From NCBI GenBank assembly GCA_030586555.1, contig JAURAC010000008.1, forward strand, positions 1 to 64,000: 64,000 nucleotides of DNA, given 5' to 3'. The stretch comes from Candidatus Subterrananammoxibius californiae (lineage in GTDB: Bacteria; Planctomycetota; Brocadiia; Brocadiales; Subterrananammoxibiaceae). This document shows, piece after piece, positions 39,850-48,776 of this stretch. The notes beneath the pieces are model-generated. The model was not told where the DNA came from. It saw only the letters and a list, made by a program, of their open reading frames with translations, and made no database searches. Each line of letters begins with the position of its first letter. The stretch's first letter is position 1. The position numbers and the translations under genes are program-made.

Positions 39850-39939
39850 AATATCAAATTTTGTAGCCGCAAACCTTGATTCTTTTTTAAATCAAATTGG
39901 ATACACTGAGGCGTCATAAAAGTGGTGAGGATAAAGTCT

Positions 39940-40158
39940 ATGAAATTTAAAGTGGTAATAATATACGACCCTGAATACGATGGCTATGTAGTAGATGTCC
40001 CTGAGCTTGCTGGCTGCATGAGTCAAGGCAAGACAATAGACGAAGCATTAACTAACATAAAGGATGCCATTAAGGGATGGCTGCATGTAGAAGAAAAACA
40101 TGGTAGAGCAGTTATTCGTGAAACAGGAGAAGTTTTTTTAGGAGAGGTTACCGTTTAG
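39940..40158 (+). CDS. hicB: HicB-family antitoxin (short form)
   Basis: GYVVDVPELAGCMSQGKTIDEALTNIKDAI. Confidence 0.9.
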   Translation: MKFKVVIIYDPEYDGYVVDVPELAGCMSQGKTIDEALTNIKDAIKGWLHVEEKHGRAVIRETGEVFLGEVTV

Positions 40159-40293
40159 TTGGGAAGACTTGCCAACATTTCTGGTAAAGACGCTGTAAAG
40201 ATTTTTCAGAAGTTTGGCTATATATTAGACCATCAGACAGGTAGTCATATGATACTTTACCATGAATCGCGGCAAACATCGCCGCGCCGCTGA
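40159..40293 (+). pseudogene. hicA: Truncated HicA toxin
   Basis: LGRLANISGKDAVKIFQKFGY...QTGSHMILYH then a stop after 44 codons at the junction with an attC half-site. Confidence 0.8.
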
Positions 40294-40302
40294 AGGCGAG
40301 CG

Positions 40303-41719
40303 TTAGCCACCTTGGACGAATAACCATGAAGAATAATAAGACAGCTGAATTTTACGATATTGCGCTTTCATTCGCCGGAGAAAATAGAAATTATGTTGAA
40401 AAGCTTGCAAACGTTCTTAGATCAAGAAAAGTAAATGTATTCTACGATCTATTCAAGAAGGTAGATCTTTGGGGGAAAGACCTCTATCAATATCTAAGCG
40501 AGATATATCAGAATAAGGCCGTTTATACTGTTATTTTCATTTCTAAGCATTACAAAAGTAAGCATTGGGCAAATCACGAGCTAAGGAGCGCACAGGCCCG
40601 TGCATTCGAAGACAACGAGGAATATATATTGCCTGCTAAATTCGATGACACCGAGATACCTGGGATTAGAAAAACAACAGGCTATGTAGATTTAAATTCA
40701 ACAACTCCAGATGAATTAGCTTCTATGATCTGTCAAAAACTTGATGATATGGCGAAGCATTTTGCAGATCTAAGGTATATAGACGATATTGGTTCACTAT
40801 ACGAACTTTCCCTAAATAAGCTCTTGGCGGTTACAGAGTGGTGTTATAGGAATGAAAAGTATCAAGAGGTGATTAAGTTAAGCGGGAAAGTGGATTTCTT
40901 CCTTCAGAAGGAGATCCAGTGGACGAAAAGGAAGAAATATCTAAATATGGCACTTCAGGCTGCAAATAACTTAGGGCAAGAAAGTCTGGTTTTTGGATTT
41001 AAGCGAAATATCGCAACTATAGCTATGAATCAAGGGGATTTTAATGAATCACTTAAACTATCTGAAGAGGTCGCTACTATTGCAGAAAAACATCGAGATA
41101 ATAGCGAAATCTTTGATGCGTATCATGCTATAGGCAGGGTTTATGAAGCAAAAGGGGATTATGAAAAGGCTACTAAGTCTTATACTAAGGCACTGGATAT
41201 ATCAAGAAGCTTCTTATCTGAGAGAAACTCTTCAAATACAATTCATGAGTTAGCAGTGGTTATGTATCGAATGAAACAATATAAGAAAGCTGAGGAACTT
41301 TATAAAGAGGCTATAGAAATTGCGAACATGACAGGTTTCGACTTCATTAAATCGTGCAGCTTACACGGGCTTGGCCTTCTTTATCAGTATACAAGCTCTG
41401 GAATGCAGAATATAGAACTATCTGAAGAATATTATATAAAGAGTCTCGAAATAAAGAAAAAGGCAAATGATCAGGAAGAAATAGCTCGAACCGAATATCA
41501 GTTGGCAGATCTATATTATGAATCAGGTAAATATAAGGATGCGCTGGATCTCATTAAGCATTGTGTAAATGTTTTTGAGAAAACAGATCATCGGTATCTC
41601 GGTCAGGCAAGATTTCTAATGTCGCAGATATCAGAAAAGTGTAGTTAAGAGAATATAAAACCCTGTGGCTAACCATGCCATCAACACGGACAGCTAAAAG
41701 CTGCCGGTTATGGCAAGCG
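40303..41719 (+). mobile_element. Integron gene cassette
   Basis: Begins at G/TTAGCCAC (40302-40310), single gene, ends in an attC whose GTGGCTAAC is the exact reverse complement of the start. Confidence 0.85.
40326..41648 (+). CDS. TIR domain + TPR repeat protein
   Basis: YDIALSFAGENR, VFYD, FISKHY..K.WANHE (catalytic Glu), ILPAKFDD..IPG; C-terminal TPRs. Confidence 0.88.
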   Translation: MKNNKTAEFYDIALSFAGENRNYVEKLANVLRSRKVNVFYDLFKKVDLWGKDLYQYLSEIYQNKAVYTVIFISKHYKSKHWANHELRSAQARAFEDNEEYILPAKFDDTEIPGIRKTTGYVDLNSTTPDELASMICQKLDDMAKHFADLRYIDDIGSLYELSLNKLLAVTEWCYRNEKYQEVIKLSGKVDFFLQKEIQWTKRKKYLNMALQAANNLGQESLVFGFKRNIATIAMNQGDFNESLKLSEEVATIAEKHRDNSEIFDAYHAIGRVYEAKGDYEKATKSYTKALDISRSFLSERNSSNTIHELAVVMYRMKQYKKAEELYKEAIEIANMTGFDFIKSCSLHGLGLLYQYTSSGMQNIELSEEYYIKSLEIKKKANDQEEIARTEYQLADLYYESGKYKDALDLIKHCVNVFEKTDHRYLGQARFLMSQISEKCS

Positions 41720-41725
41720 TTAGCC
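41667..41725 (+). mobile_element. attC recombination site (59 bp)
   Basis: R'' GGCTAAC, L'' TGCCATcAAC, inner stem CGGaCAGCT/AGCTGCCG, L' GTTATGGCA, R' GTTAGCC; extrahelical bases at the expected positions. Confidence 0.9.
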
Positions 41726-41972
41726 GCATCAGGAGGCACCTATGACCGAAGGGGCGAGAGGACAGCGGCAGACAGTTGATCGCGAGTCAATCTATGGGAC
41801 GTCCGCCAGGAGATCCTCGACCAGAAGCGCTGCCAGTTCCAGCTTTTCAGCCTGTTGCGAAGCATCTCATCTTAAAATATGAGATTGCTTCGCTCGCAAT
41901 GACAATGTAAAGCGATGAGGACTAAGGACTGAGCAATGAGCAACGAGTGATGATTAGGTGTATATGCAGGCT

Positions 41973-42224
41973 TTAATCATTCTTCTCAATCAGGATTTTC
42001 CAGAGGTTTTTTTGTTCTTCAAGAACTTCAATCGGGTAGCCCTTCTTCTCGCAGAAGTTTGGGATGGTGGTTTTTGCGGCAGGTTCGTAGTCGCAGATAA
42101 CCTCAAGCACATCCCCTTTTGAAAGTTCTTTCAGGGAATCCCTGGTTTCAATAAGGGTATAGGGGCAAATCTTGCCGGAGATATTTATGGAACGAATTGG
42201 CTTCTTATCGCTAATGGTTGACAT
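41973..42224 (-). CDS. tusA: TusA-family sulfur carrier
   Basis: GKICPY motif, LEVICDYEPA. Confidence 0.85.
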   Translation of the reverse strand: MSTISDKKPIRSINISGKICPYTLIETRDSLKELSKGDVLEVICDYEPAAKTTIPNFCEKKGYPIEVLEEQKNLWKILIEKND

Positions 42225-42264
42225 GGGTAAGTCCCTCAATTAATAGGTTAAGGAAGCGCATGCT

Positions 42265-42435
42265 GTCATTCTGAGCCCTTCGCCTGTCATTCTGAGCGAA
42301 GCGAAGAATCTCATCCTTCCGCTCAGGGTAAACTCCGCAAAGAATCTCAACCCTACACACCCCTTAATCCCCTCTTGATAGAGGGGAGAAGGGCAGATGC
42401 TTCGCTTTGAGACCCTTCGCTTTGCTCAGGGTGAC
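42265..42435. repeat. Composite palindromic repeat cluster (gtcattctgagc / gaagaatctc / cccctcttgatagagggga)
   Basis: Tandem and inverted units; the cccctcttgatagagggga unit recurs near 50710. Confidence 0.7.
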
Positions 42436-42449
42436 AACGAGCTCTGGAT

Positions 42450-42719
42450 TCATACAAAATTAATAACCTTGTTCGCCGCAATGAGGTCCACAAGTTTACT
42501 ATAATCTATGAGTTCAACGCCTTTCGGCAGACGCTCTTGTAGTCCACGTTTTATAACGTCATCCTTTACCGCGTAAACCTTAAACTTTGAATCTGTTAAT
42601 TGTTTTACGTCAAGATATACCCCATCCTGCAATAATACGACCTGACAGCCGGCATCGTTTTTCGCAAGGTTTAAGCCATTTTTACCTGCAGATTGGTCAA
42701 GCATATAAAGATTTGCCAT
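42450..42719 (-). CDS. dsrH: DsrH/TusB-like protein
   Basis: VLLQDGVY, DDVIKRGL, IDY..LVDLI. Confidence 0.8.
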   Translation of the reverse strand: MANLYMLDQSAGKNGLNLAKNDAGCQVVLLQDGVYLDVKQLTDSKFKVYAVKDDVIKRGLQERLPKGVELIDYSKLVDLIAANKVINFV

Positions 42720-42841
42720 CGTAACCTCCGCTTACCTTTTTTAAAAAAGGTAAGACCAAAAAACTTTATAATTTTTCAGGATATGTACCCTTTCTGAAAT
42801 ATGTTAAAAGTTTCTTGCCTACTTCTTTTCAAAGAAGTAGG

Positions 42842-43192
42842 TTAGAAGCCTATTGTTTGGTCTGCTTCCTGTATGAGTTTTAACACATCCGAACGTGGGA
42901 TTACCTTTACGTCTTGAGCAGCTTCTTTTTCTGCAATGCCACGTTCAAGTAATGATTCTCTTTCAACCATTAATTTGCAGCCTTGCTTTTCAAGCGTCCC
43001 GATATATTTTGAAGTATCCTTGCGGTCCACCCCTTTAAGGGCAAAATAAGCGCCATCACCCATATATACAAGGGTTACCTTATTTTCGTCAATTCCACTT
43101 GTAATACCCACCGCTGCCCGCAAACCTTCCGTGTAATAGATATTGCCGTAAGGTGCATGGTTAATAGTAATAAGCACATTTTTCTGAGCCAT
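42842..43192 (-). CDS. dsrF: DsrF/TusC-like protein
   Basis: HAPYG...EGLR, MGDGAY, ESLLERG. Confidence 0.78.
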   Translation of the reverse strand: MAQKNVLITINHAPYGNIYYTEGLRAAVGITSGIDENKVTLVYMGDGAYFALKGVDRKDTSKYIGTLEKQGCKLMVERESLLERGIAEKEAAQDVKVIPRSDVLKLIQEADQTIGF

Positions 43193-43212
43193 GGTTTGTC
43201 TCCATTTAATCT

Positions 43213-43566
43213 TTACAACGTCACAAGTTTATCCACATCGCTAATTATTTGTGCAAAGTCGGGCAATCCGCCGACCGTTACGCCAGGGATAAAATCCTTT
43301 CCTTTTTCAAGGCCTCTTGCATTAACACAAACTCCACATGCAATAATCTTTGCGCCCTTTTTTGCAAGTTCTGCGAACCTGTCCTTTGGCATCGTTGGCC
43401 AATCGGGAAAAGTTTGATATTTGATAGGGTTATAAACGCCGTCGAGGTAAAGAAACATCGCCACCTCATGCCCCTTGTCTAAGGCTGCATTTGCAATATT
43501 ATAGGCAGTCTCCCAGTTTTCAAACTGGAATGGTCCGAGGGTTAGTAACATCCCTATTTTAGCCAT
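43213..43566 (-). CDS. dsrE: DsrE/TusD-like sulfurtransferase
   Basis: AALDKGHEV.MFLYLDGVY, ACGVCVNARG. Confidence 0.82.
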   Translation of the reverse strand: MAKIGMLLTLGPFQFENWETAYNIANAALDKGHEVAMFLYLDGVYNPIKYQTFPDWPTMPKDRFAELAKKGAKIIACGVCVNARGLEKGKDFIPGVTVGGLPDFAQIISDVDKLVTL

Positions 43567-43587
43567 AACGAATCCTCCTTTCATTTT

Positions 43588-44424
43588 TTAGAAAGATGGG
43601 CAGGTTTGCTTTGAAATTGTAGGCTGAAGCGAGCAGAACTCCTCGTAATCTATTAATTCCGTAATTGTAGGATTATCCCCGCAAACAGGACATTGAGGGT
43701 TGCGCCTTACCTTCACCTTTCTAAAATCCATATCCAATGCATCGTACAGGAGAAGCTGTCCTTTAAGAAGTTTGCCCTTATTAAGGATAATCTTAACAAC
43801 CTCTGTTGCCTGAATTACCCCTATTACTCCCGGCAAAACCCCCAGAACGCCTGCTTCCTGACATGAAGGCACCATCCCCGGAGGCGGGGGCGTCTCATAA
43901 ATACATCTAAGGCAAGGTCCGTCACCGGGAATAAAGGTCGTAACCTGACCATCAAATTTGAATATCGAGCCGTGTGAAAGCGGTTTCTTGAGAAAGACGC
44001 ACGCATCGTTAACCAGATATCTCGTTGGGAAATTGTCAGAGCCGTCAATAATAACGTCGTAATCGCATATAATATCCATAATATTTTCGGATGTAAGACG
44101 CTCCGTGTAAGGAATCACCTTTACATCGGGGTTAAGAGCCTCCAATGTTTCCTTAGCCGATAGCGCCTTGGGATAATCAACCTTCGTTGTGGAGTGCAGT
44201 ATTTGACGCTGAAGGTTTGAAAGCTCCACAGTGTCGCAGTCTACAATACCAATCGTTCCAACACCTGCGGCAGCCAGAAAGTATCCTGCCGGCGAGCCGA
44301 GCCCCCCTGCGCCCACCATGAAAACCTTTGCGTTGAGGAGTTTTTTTTGTCCCTTCCCGCCAACCTCCCCGAGAATTATATGTCTTGAATAACGTTTTAT
44401 TTGGTCTTCTGTAAAATCAAGCAT
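43588..44424 (-). CDS. moeB: MoeB/ThiF-family E1-like adenylyltransferase
   Basis: RYSRH, GAGGLG, SNLQRQ, DNFPTRY, PCLRC, SCQEAG, CPVC. Confidence 0.9.
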   Translation of the reverse strand: MLDFTEDQIKRYSRHIILGEVGGKGQKKLLNAKVFMVGAGGLGSPAGYFLAAAGVGTIGIVDCDTVELSNLQRQILHSTTKVDYPKALSAKETLEALNPDVKVIPYTERLTSENIMDIICDYDVIIDGSDNFPTRYLVNDACVFLKKPLSHGSIFKFDGQVTTFIPGDGPCLRCIYETPPPPGMVPSCQEAGVLGVLPGVIGVIQATEVVKIILNKGKLLKGQLLLYDALDMDFRKVKVRRNPQCPVCGDNPTITELIDYEEFCSLQPTISKQTCPSF

Positions 44425-44426
44425 CT

Positions 44427-44714
44427 TTAAATCTCCCTCTGTTTCAATATTAACATGCGCCAGTCAGTATCATTTATCTTATCAACTGAAAGCACCTTTT
44501 GTCCTTCATTTGTAAGGCTCTTTGGAACATTTTCTGCGGCAGGCTCATGGTCAACTATGACCTCAAGGATTTGCCCAATCCCCATCTCCTCCAGTGCAAG
44601 TTTTGACTTAACGAAGGTATAGGGGCACACTTCACCCTTTAAATCAATCTTTACGTCAGGATTAACTTCGAGCTTTTCCACCACTATACTCTCCTGAAAA
44701 ACCAGAAAATCCAT
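44427..44714 (-). CDS. tusA: TusA-family sulfur carrier
   Basis: DLKGEVCPY, LEVIVDH, NVPKS. Confidence 0.85.
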   Translation of the reverse strand: MDFLVFQESIVVEKLEVNPDVKIDLKGEVCPYTFVKSKLALEEMGIGQILEVIVDHEPAAENVPKSLTNEGQKVLSVDKINDTDWRMLILKQREI

Positions 44715-44826
44715 ATAAATTATTTACCCTGATTAAGTTATTTTATTATAACATAAAAGACCGTACCTGCAAGCAGGATTTTTTGCCTACTCTTTTTGGT
44801 AACTGCACAGAAATCGTTTATTAGAC

Positions 44827-46074
44827 TTATATAAGTTTAGGCTCAGGCATACTAATCTCTGGCTCTACTCTAAGCTCAGGCATTTCTATCTCCCCCATAG
44901 GCGTCTTAATCCTTCTTATAATTCTATGGAATAGAACAAAAACAATAATGAAAATAGTCGCTAACCAAATCTCCCAGATTTCTGAGAAGGATTTTAATGA
45001 TACCATTGGAATTTTGTTAGAGAATAACAAGGCGATGGGGGAAATCAACATTGCGATTAGTATTTCTATGAGAACTACTCCAAACAATACCTTTCGGCTT
45101 ATAAACAACAACGCTATTAGTGATAAACCACCCAGAGAAGCTAACGTTATTCCCCAAACGGATTTGATTGGCGGGGAATAAAAATAATAAAATGAGCCTG
45201 AAAGATGTAATACGATGAGAAGTATTAGAAACAAATGTTTGGTAGTAAATTTCCAATAGGTTTCTGACTGTATGTCAGAGAACCACCACTCCCACCATCC
45301 TGCGTTTGCCTCTATAAGTTTATTAATTACCCTTTGTGCCGCCTTATTACCAAATTTCGATGCCTCTTTAAAAGCGATTAGGGCTTCGTCTGATTTTCCT
45401 TGCTTCGTTAATATAACCCCTTTCTGGTAAAATAATTCTTTCAATGCATCGGTTTTTCCTTTAAAATGCTCAACACCCTTTTCACATATATTCAGGCTCC
45501 TATCTAATTCTCCCCCTTCGTAAAGTGAGGTTATCCAACCACTCCAGTATTTATATTCATTCAAGTTTATTCCATGCGCCTTATCGAAAGCCTTGCTTGC
45601 CTCCTCCGCATTTCCAGCCTTTAATTGCACTCGCCCCTTATTATACCAAGCCTCTGCGAATAGTTTGTCTATCTCGATTGCCTTATCATAGCAAGCGATT
45701 TCCTCTTCATGCCTGCCTAAATTCTCTAATGCAAGTCCCTTACCAAGCCATGCTGATGCAAATTGTGGGTTTATCCTGATTGCCTCATCATGGCAGCGGA
45801 TTGCCTCTTCATTCCTGCCCAGATTCCGCAGGGCGCCACCCTTGCCGTGCCATGCCCATTCAAGTTGAGATTGTATTTCTATTGCTTTATCAAAGCAGGT
45901 GATTGCCCCCTCGTATCTGTATAGTCTGCGTAAGGCAAACCCTTTTTGAACCCATGCCTCTGCATTTTGTGGGTCTATCTCAATTGCCTTATTAAAGCAG
46001 GTATTTGCCTCCTCATACTTACCTGACTTGTATAAGGCATTACCCTTATCAAACCATTCTTTTGCGTCATTCAT
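44827..46074 (-). CDS. TPR-repeat protein with C-terminal membrane domain
   Basis: About 7 canonical TPRs (AW..KG..L..LGRxEEA..CxDKA) followed by about 4 TM helices. Confidence 0.8.
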   Translation of the reverse strand: MNDAKEWFDKGNALYKSGKYEEANTCFNKAIEIDPQNAEAWVQKGFALRRLYRYEGAITCFDKAIEIQSQLEWAWHGKGGALRNLGRNEEAIRCHDEAIRINPQFASAWLGKGLALENLGRHEEEIACYDKAIEIDKLFAEAWYNKGRVQLKAGNAEEASKAFDKAHGINLNEYKYWSGWITSLYEGGELDRSLNICEKGVEHFKGKTDALKELFYQKGVILTKQGKSDEALIAFKEASKFGNKAAQRVINKLIEANAGWWEWWFSDIQSETYWKFTTKHLFLILLIVLHLSGSFYYFYSPPIKSVWGITLASLGGLSLIALLFISRKVLFGVVLIEILIAMLISPIALLFSNKIPMVSLKSFSEIWEIWLATIFIIVFVLFHRIIRRIKTPMGEIEMPELRVEPEISMPEPKLI

Positions 46075-46270
46075 AGGAAATTGCTCCTGCTTTCTCTAAA
46101 TACCTTTAGATTCGCTTCGCTCACTACAGGGATGCGCTAATTATACTACCAATTGAAAAGGAATCAAGCAGGAAAAGCAGCCGTTCTGGGCTTGCCGAAA
46201 GCTTGGTAAAAAGATTTGTTAACGAATGTCATTGCGTGGGGCTTAAGATGGCATGAATGGGCTGTAAAAA

Positions 46271-46325
46271 TTTAACAAAATCTTAATGGAGTCTTTATAT
46301 TTTCTTAATATGTTTATTGTATACT
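46271..46325 (+). promoter_or_regulatory. Pho-box-like 11-bp direct repeats plus -10 element
   Basis: tttaacaaaat|cttaatggagt|ctttatatttt|cttaatatgtt then TATACT. Confidence 0.7.
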
Positions 46326-46378
46326 AAGAAAGAGAAAATTCAGTTTAAGTAATGGATTCAGGATGAAAGGGAAACCCA

Positions 46379-46834
46379 ATGGATAGTATCGGTGCAATAA
46401 TAAAAAGATTGAGTGATGGCACATCCAGGGTCTTTGAAGGATTGGCAAAGGTTGTTTTGAGCATTCTCATGGGGGCCATTCTCTTTACCATGGGTTGGGC
46501 GGTATTCAAGCTCTTCGCTGGTCTAATAATCTCCTTTAAGGCTGACATACATGAATCCCTTAAGACCGTCATAGTGAATAGCCTGACCATTCTTGCCCTC
46601 TTAGAGGTGTTCAGAACCACCCTCGCTTACTTCTCCGAAGGGCGCGTAAAGGTTACCTATATTATTGATACAGTCCTTGTGGTTATCCTTACCGAGGTCA
46701 TGGCGTTCTGGTTCAGAGATTTAGATTGGGGGAAGGTTTTTATGATGATAGCTTTGGTTCTTTCGCTTGTTGTTACGAGAATCCTGGCAATAAGATTTTC
46801 CCCTGGTAATGTAAAAACGAGCGAGGAGCTTTAA
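46379..46834 (+). CDS. psiE: Phosphate-starvation-inducible PsiE-family membrane protein
   Basis: 4 TMs, LEVFRT..AYF.EGRVKV. Confidence 0.75.
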   Translation: MDSIGAIIKRLSDGTSRVFEGLAKVVLSILMGAILFTMGWAVFKLFAGLIISFKADIHESLKTVIVNSLTILALLEVFRTTLAYFSEGRVKVTYIIDTVLVVILTEVMAFWFRDLDWGKVFMMIALVLSLVVTRILAIRFSPGNVKTSEEL

Positions 46835-46907
46835 AATCAGAAAGGAGAATTATGGGCAAAGAACAAATTGGAAAAGGTGTATTAATGGAACATTTGGTAG
46901 AAAGGGT

Positions 46908-47297
46908 ATGATAATGGAAACGATTTTGTTGATTGAGAGGGATGATAACCAACGGTTGTTGTATGAGAAGGCTTTGATTGACGAAGGGTATAAGGTGATA
47001 CCCACTAAAACTGCAAGGGAATCACTTTTAGTATTAAGAACTAATACACCCGATGTGGTAGTGTTGGACATAATGGTGCCGGACATGGATGGGTCAGAAT
47101 TACTTGGAAGGCTTATAGCCGTCGAGAAAAAAGTTCCAATTATCATCCACACCGCTTACAAAGGTTTTAGCTACAGATTTATGTCATCGGCTGCCGAGGC
47201 GTTTGTACTTAAGTCCACGGATTTAACGGAACTCAAAAATCGAATCAGAGAAAATATTAAGATGGCTCACCTGAAGTACAACTATGTAAACAACTAA
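46908..47297 (+). CDS. Single-domain response regulator
   Basis: PDVVVLDIMVPDMDG, PIIIHTA, FVLKS. Confidence 0.85.
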   Translation: MIMETILLIERDDNQRLLYEKALIDEGYKVIPTKTARESLLVLRTNTPDVVVLDIMVPDMDGSELLGRLIAVEKKVPIIIHTAYKGFSYRFMSSAAEAFVLKSTDLTELKNRIRENIKMAHLKYNYVNN

Positions 47298-47315
47298 TGA
47301 AGAAAGGAGGGGAAA

Positions 47316-48704
47316 ATGAAGTTAAGGTTTGTTTTGACATTATTTGCAGTGGCATTTTTTGTCTGCAAGGGTGCTCACGGACAAACAAGTTTGTCCATGC
47401 CACCCGATGTTTCTGGGGAAGACCTCAAGGCTCAGGTTGAGCGCATGGAACGGATGTTAGAGGAACAGCAAAAGCAAATTAGTGAGCTAAAGCATGTTTT
47501 AGAGGAAAAAACTAAAGAGAAGGAGGTTAAGGAAGCAGTAAAAGATGAAAAGATTGAGGAGGTGGTTGAGAAATATTTAGAAAAAGAGGAAACGAAGGAA
47601 AAGTTTGCGGAGCTTGGGCTTTCACCAAATCTAAAAATGGGTTACAAGAAGGGTTTCTACCTCGAAACACTCGATGAGAAATTTAAGCTTCGATTTCAGG
47701 GAGGACTCCAGTTTCGTTATGAGTTTCTTGATAGGAACGAGGGTGAAGAAGATACCAGTTCGTTTTTAATAAGACGTGCAAGGATGATATTGGAAGGTAA
47801 CGCATTTAGCCCAAATATAAAATACAAACTCCAGGCAGGTTTTGACAAAGGCACTGATTTTAATCTTCTCGATTATTACTTTAATATGACCCACATCCCC
47901 CCTTTAAACGTCCAGTTTGGACAGTTCAAGGCGCCGTTTAACAGACAGCGTATAACCTCAAGTGGTAATCTACAGTTAGTTGACCGTTCAACGGCAAATG
48001 AGGTATTTAACCTCGACCGACAGATAGGTATGATGCTCCATTCCATGTTGTTTGATAAGCGGTTTGAATATGGGTTCGGCGTCTTCAACGGCAGTTCTGT
48101 TACTGGGGTAGATGCATCGAGCGGTAGAAACTTGAAAGAAAATGATAATAATAGGCACCTCTTTGTGCTTAGAGCCGCCTACAATCCATTCGGTGAGTTC
48201 GGATACTCTGAATCGGACGTTGAATTTTCTGAAAAGTTGAAGGCGACCATTGCTGGCGCAGCCGGTTACAGTTCCGACGAGATTACGGTAAGCGGTAGCG
48301 AAGAAGATGTTGACACGACACGACTCGTGGGCGAACTGGGTTTAAAGTATCGTGGTTTCTCTTTCCTGACAGAGGGATATTATAGGCATCGCGATGCCGG
48401 TGATTTGAGTGGAATAGTTAGCAGGGGAAATATAGCGGACAATGGCTTTTTCACACAGGCAGGATATTTTATCATCCCTAAGCGCCTTGAAATTGCTGGA
48501 AGACACTCTTTTGTTGATTTTGATGATGATGTGCCATTGGGGGGCGTTGACGAGCTAAGGGAGTACACTGGTGGTATAAACTACTTCTTTGAGGGTCACC
48601 GCTCCAAGCTACAGGCTAATATAGTGAGGGTTGAGGAAGACTTGCTCACTGGTGAAGATGAAAAAGACAATAAGTTCCAGTTGCAATATCAGATTTACTT
48701 TTAA
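47316..48704 (+). CDS. OprO/OprP-like phosphate-selective porin
   Basis: Signal peptide, coiled coil, IRRARM, GQFKAPF, terminal Phe; lies before pstS. Confidence 0.8.
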   Translation: MKLRFVLTLFAVAFFVCKGAHGQTSLSMPPDVSGEDLKAQVERMERMLEEQQKQISELKHVLEEKTKEKEVKEAVKDEKIEEVVEKYLEKEETKEKFAELGLSPNLKMGYKKGFYLETLDEKFKLRFQGGLQFRYEFLDRNEGEEDTSSFLIRRARMILEGNAFSPNIKYKLQAGFDKGTDFNLLDYYFNMTHIPPLNVQFGQFKAPFNRQRITSSGNLQLVDRSTANEVFNLDRQIGMMLHSMLFDKRFEYGFGVFNGSSVTGVDASSGRNLKENDNNRHLFVLRAAYNPFGEFGYSESDVEFSEKLKATIAGAAGYSSDEITVSGSEEDVDTTRLVGELGLKYRGFSFLTEGYYRHRDAGDLSGIVSRGNIADNGFFTQAGYFIIPKRLEIAGRHSFVDFDDDVPLGGVDELREYTGGINYFFEGHRSKLQANIVRVEEDLLTGEDEKDNKFQLQYQIYF

Positions 48705-48706
48705 TC

Positions 48707-48761
48707 CTTAACAAAATCTTAATGCAATCTTAACGCAATCTTAACAATTTATCGGTATAAT
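48707..48761 (+). promoter_or_regulatory. Pho-box-like 11-bp direct repeats plus -10 element
   Basis: cttaacaaaat|cttaatgcaat|cttaacgcaat|cttaacaattt then TATAAT. Confidence 0.8.
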
Positions 48762-48776
48762 GAGGAGGGTTTTGAA

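Noticed and set aside
43588..44424. E1 enzyme as part of a CBASS/Bil-type ubiquitin-like defence system with the nearby TIR gene
   Set aside because: Canonical MoeB/ThiF embedded in a tusA/dsrEFH operon; no E2, JAB or cyclase; the TIR gene is a separate cassette on the other strand
46852..46911. 19-codon ORF with strong SD overlapping the response regulator start
   Set aside because: Too short to support as a gene; may be a coupling peptide or remnant
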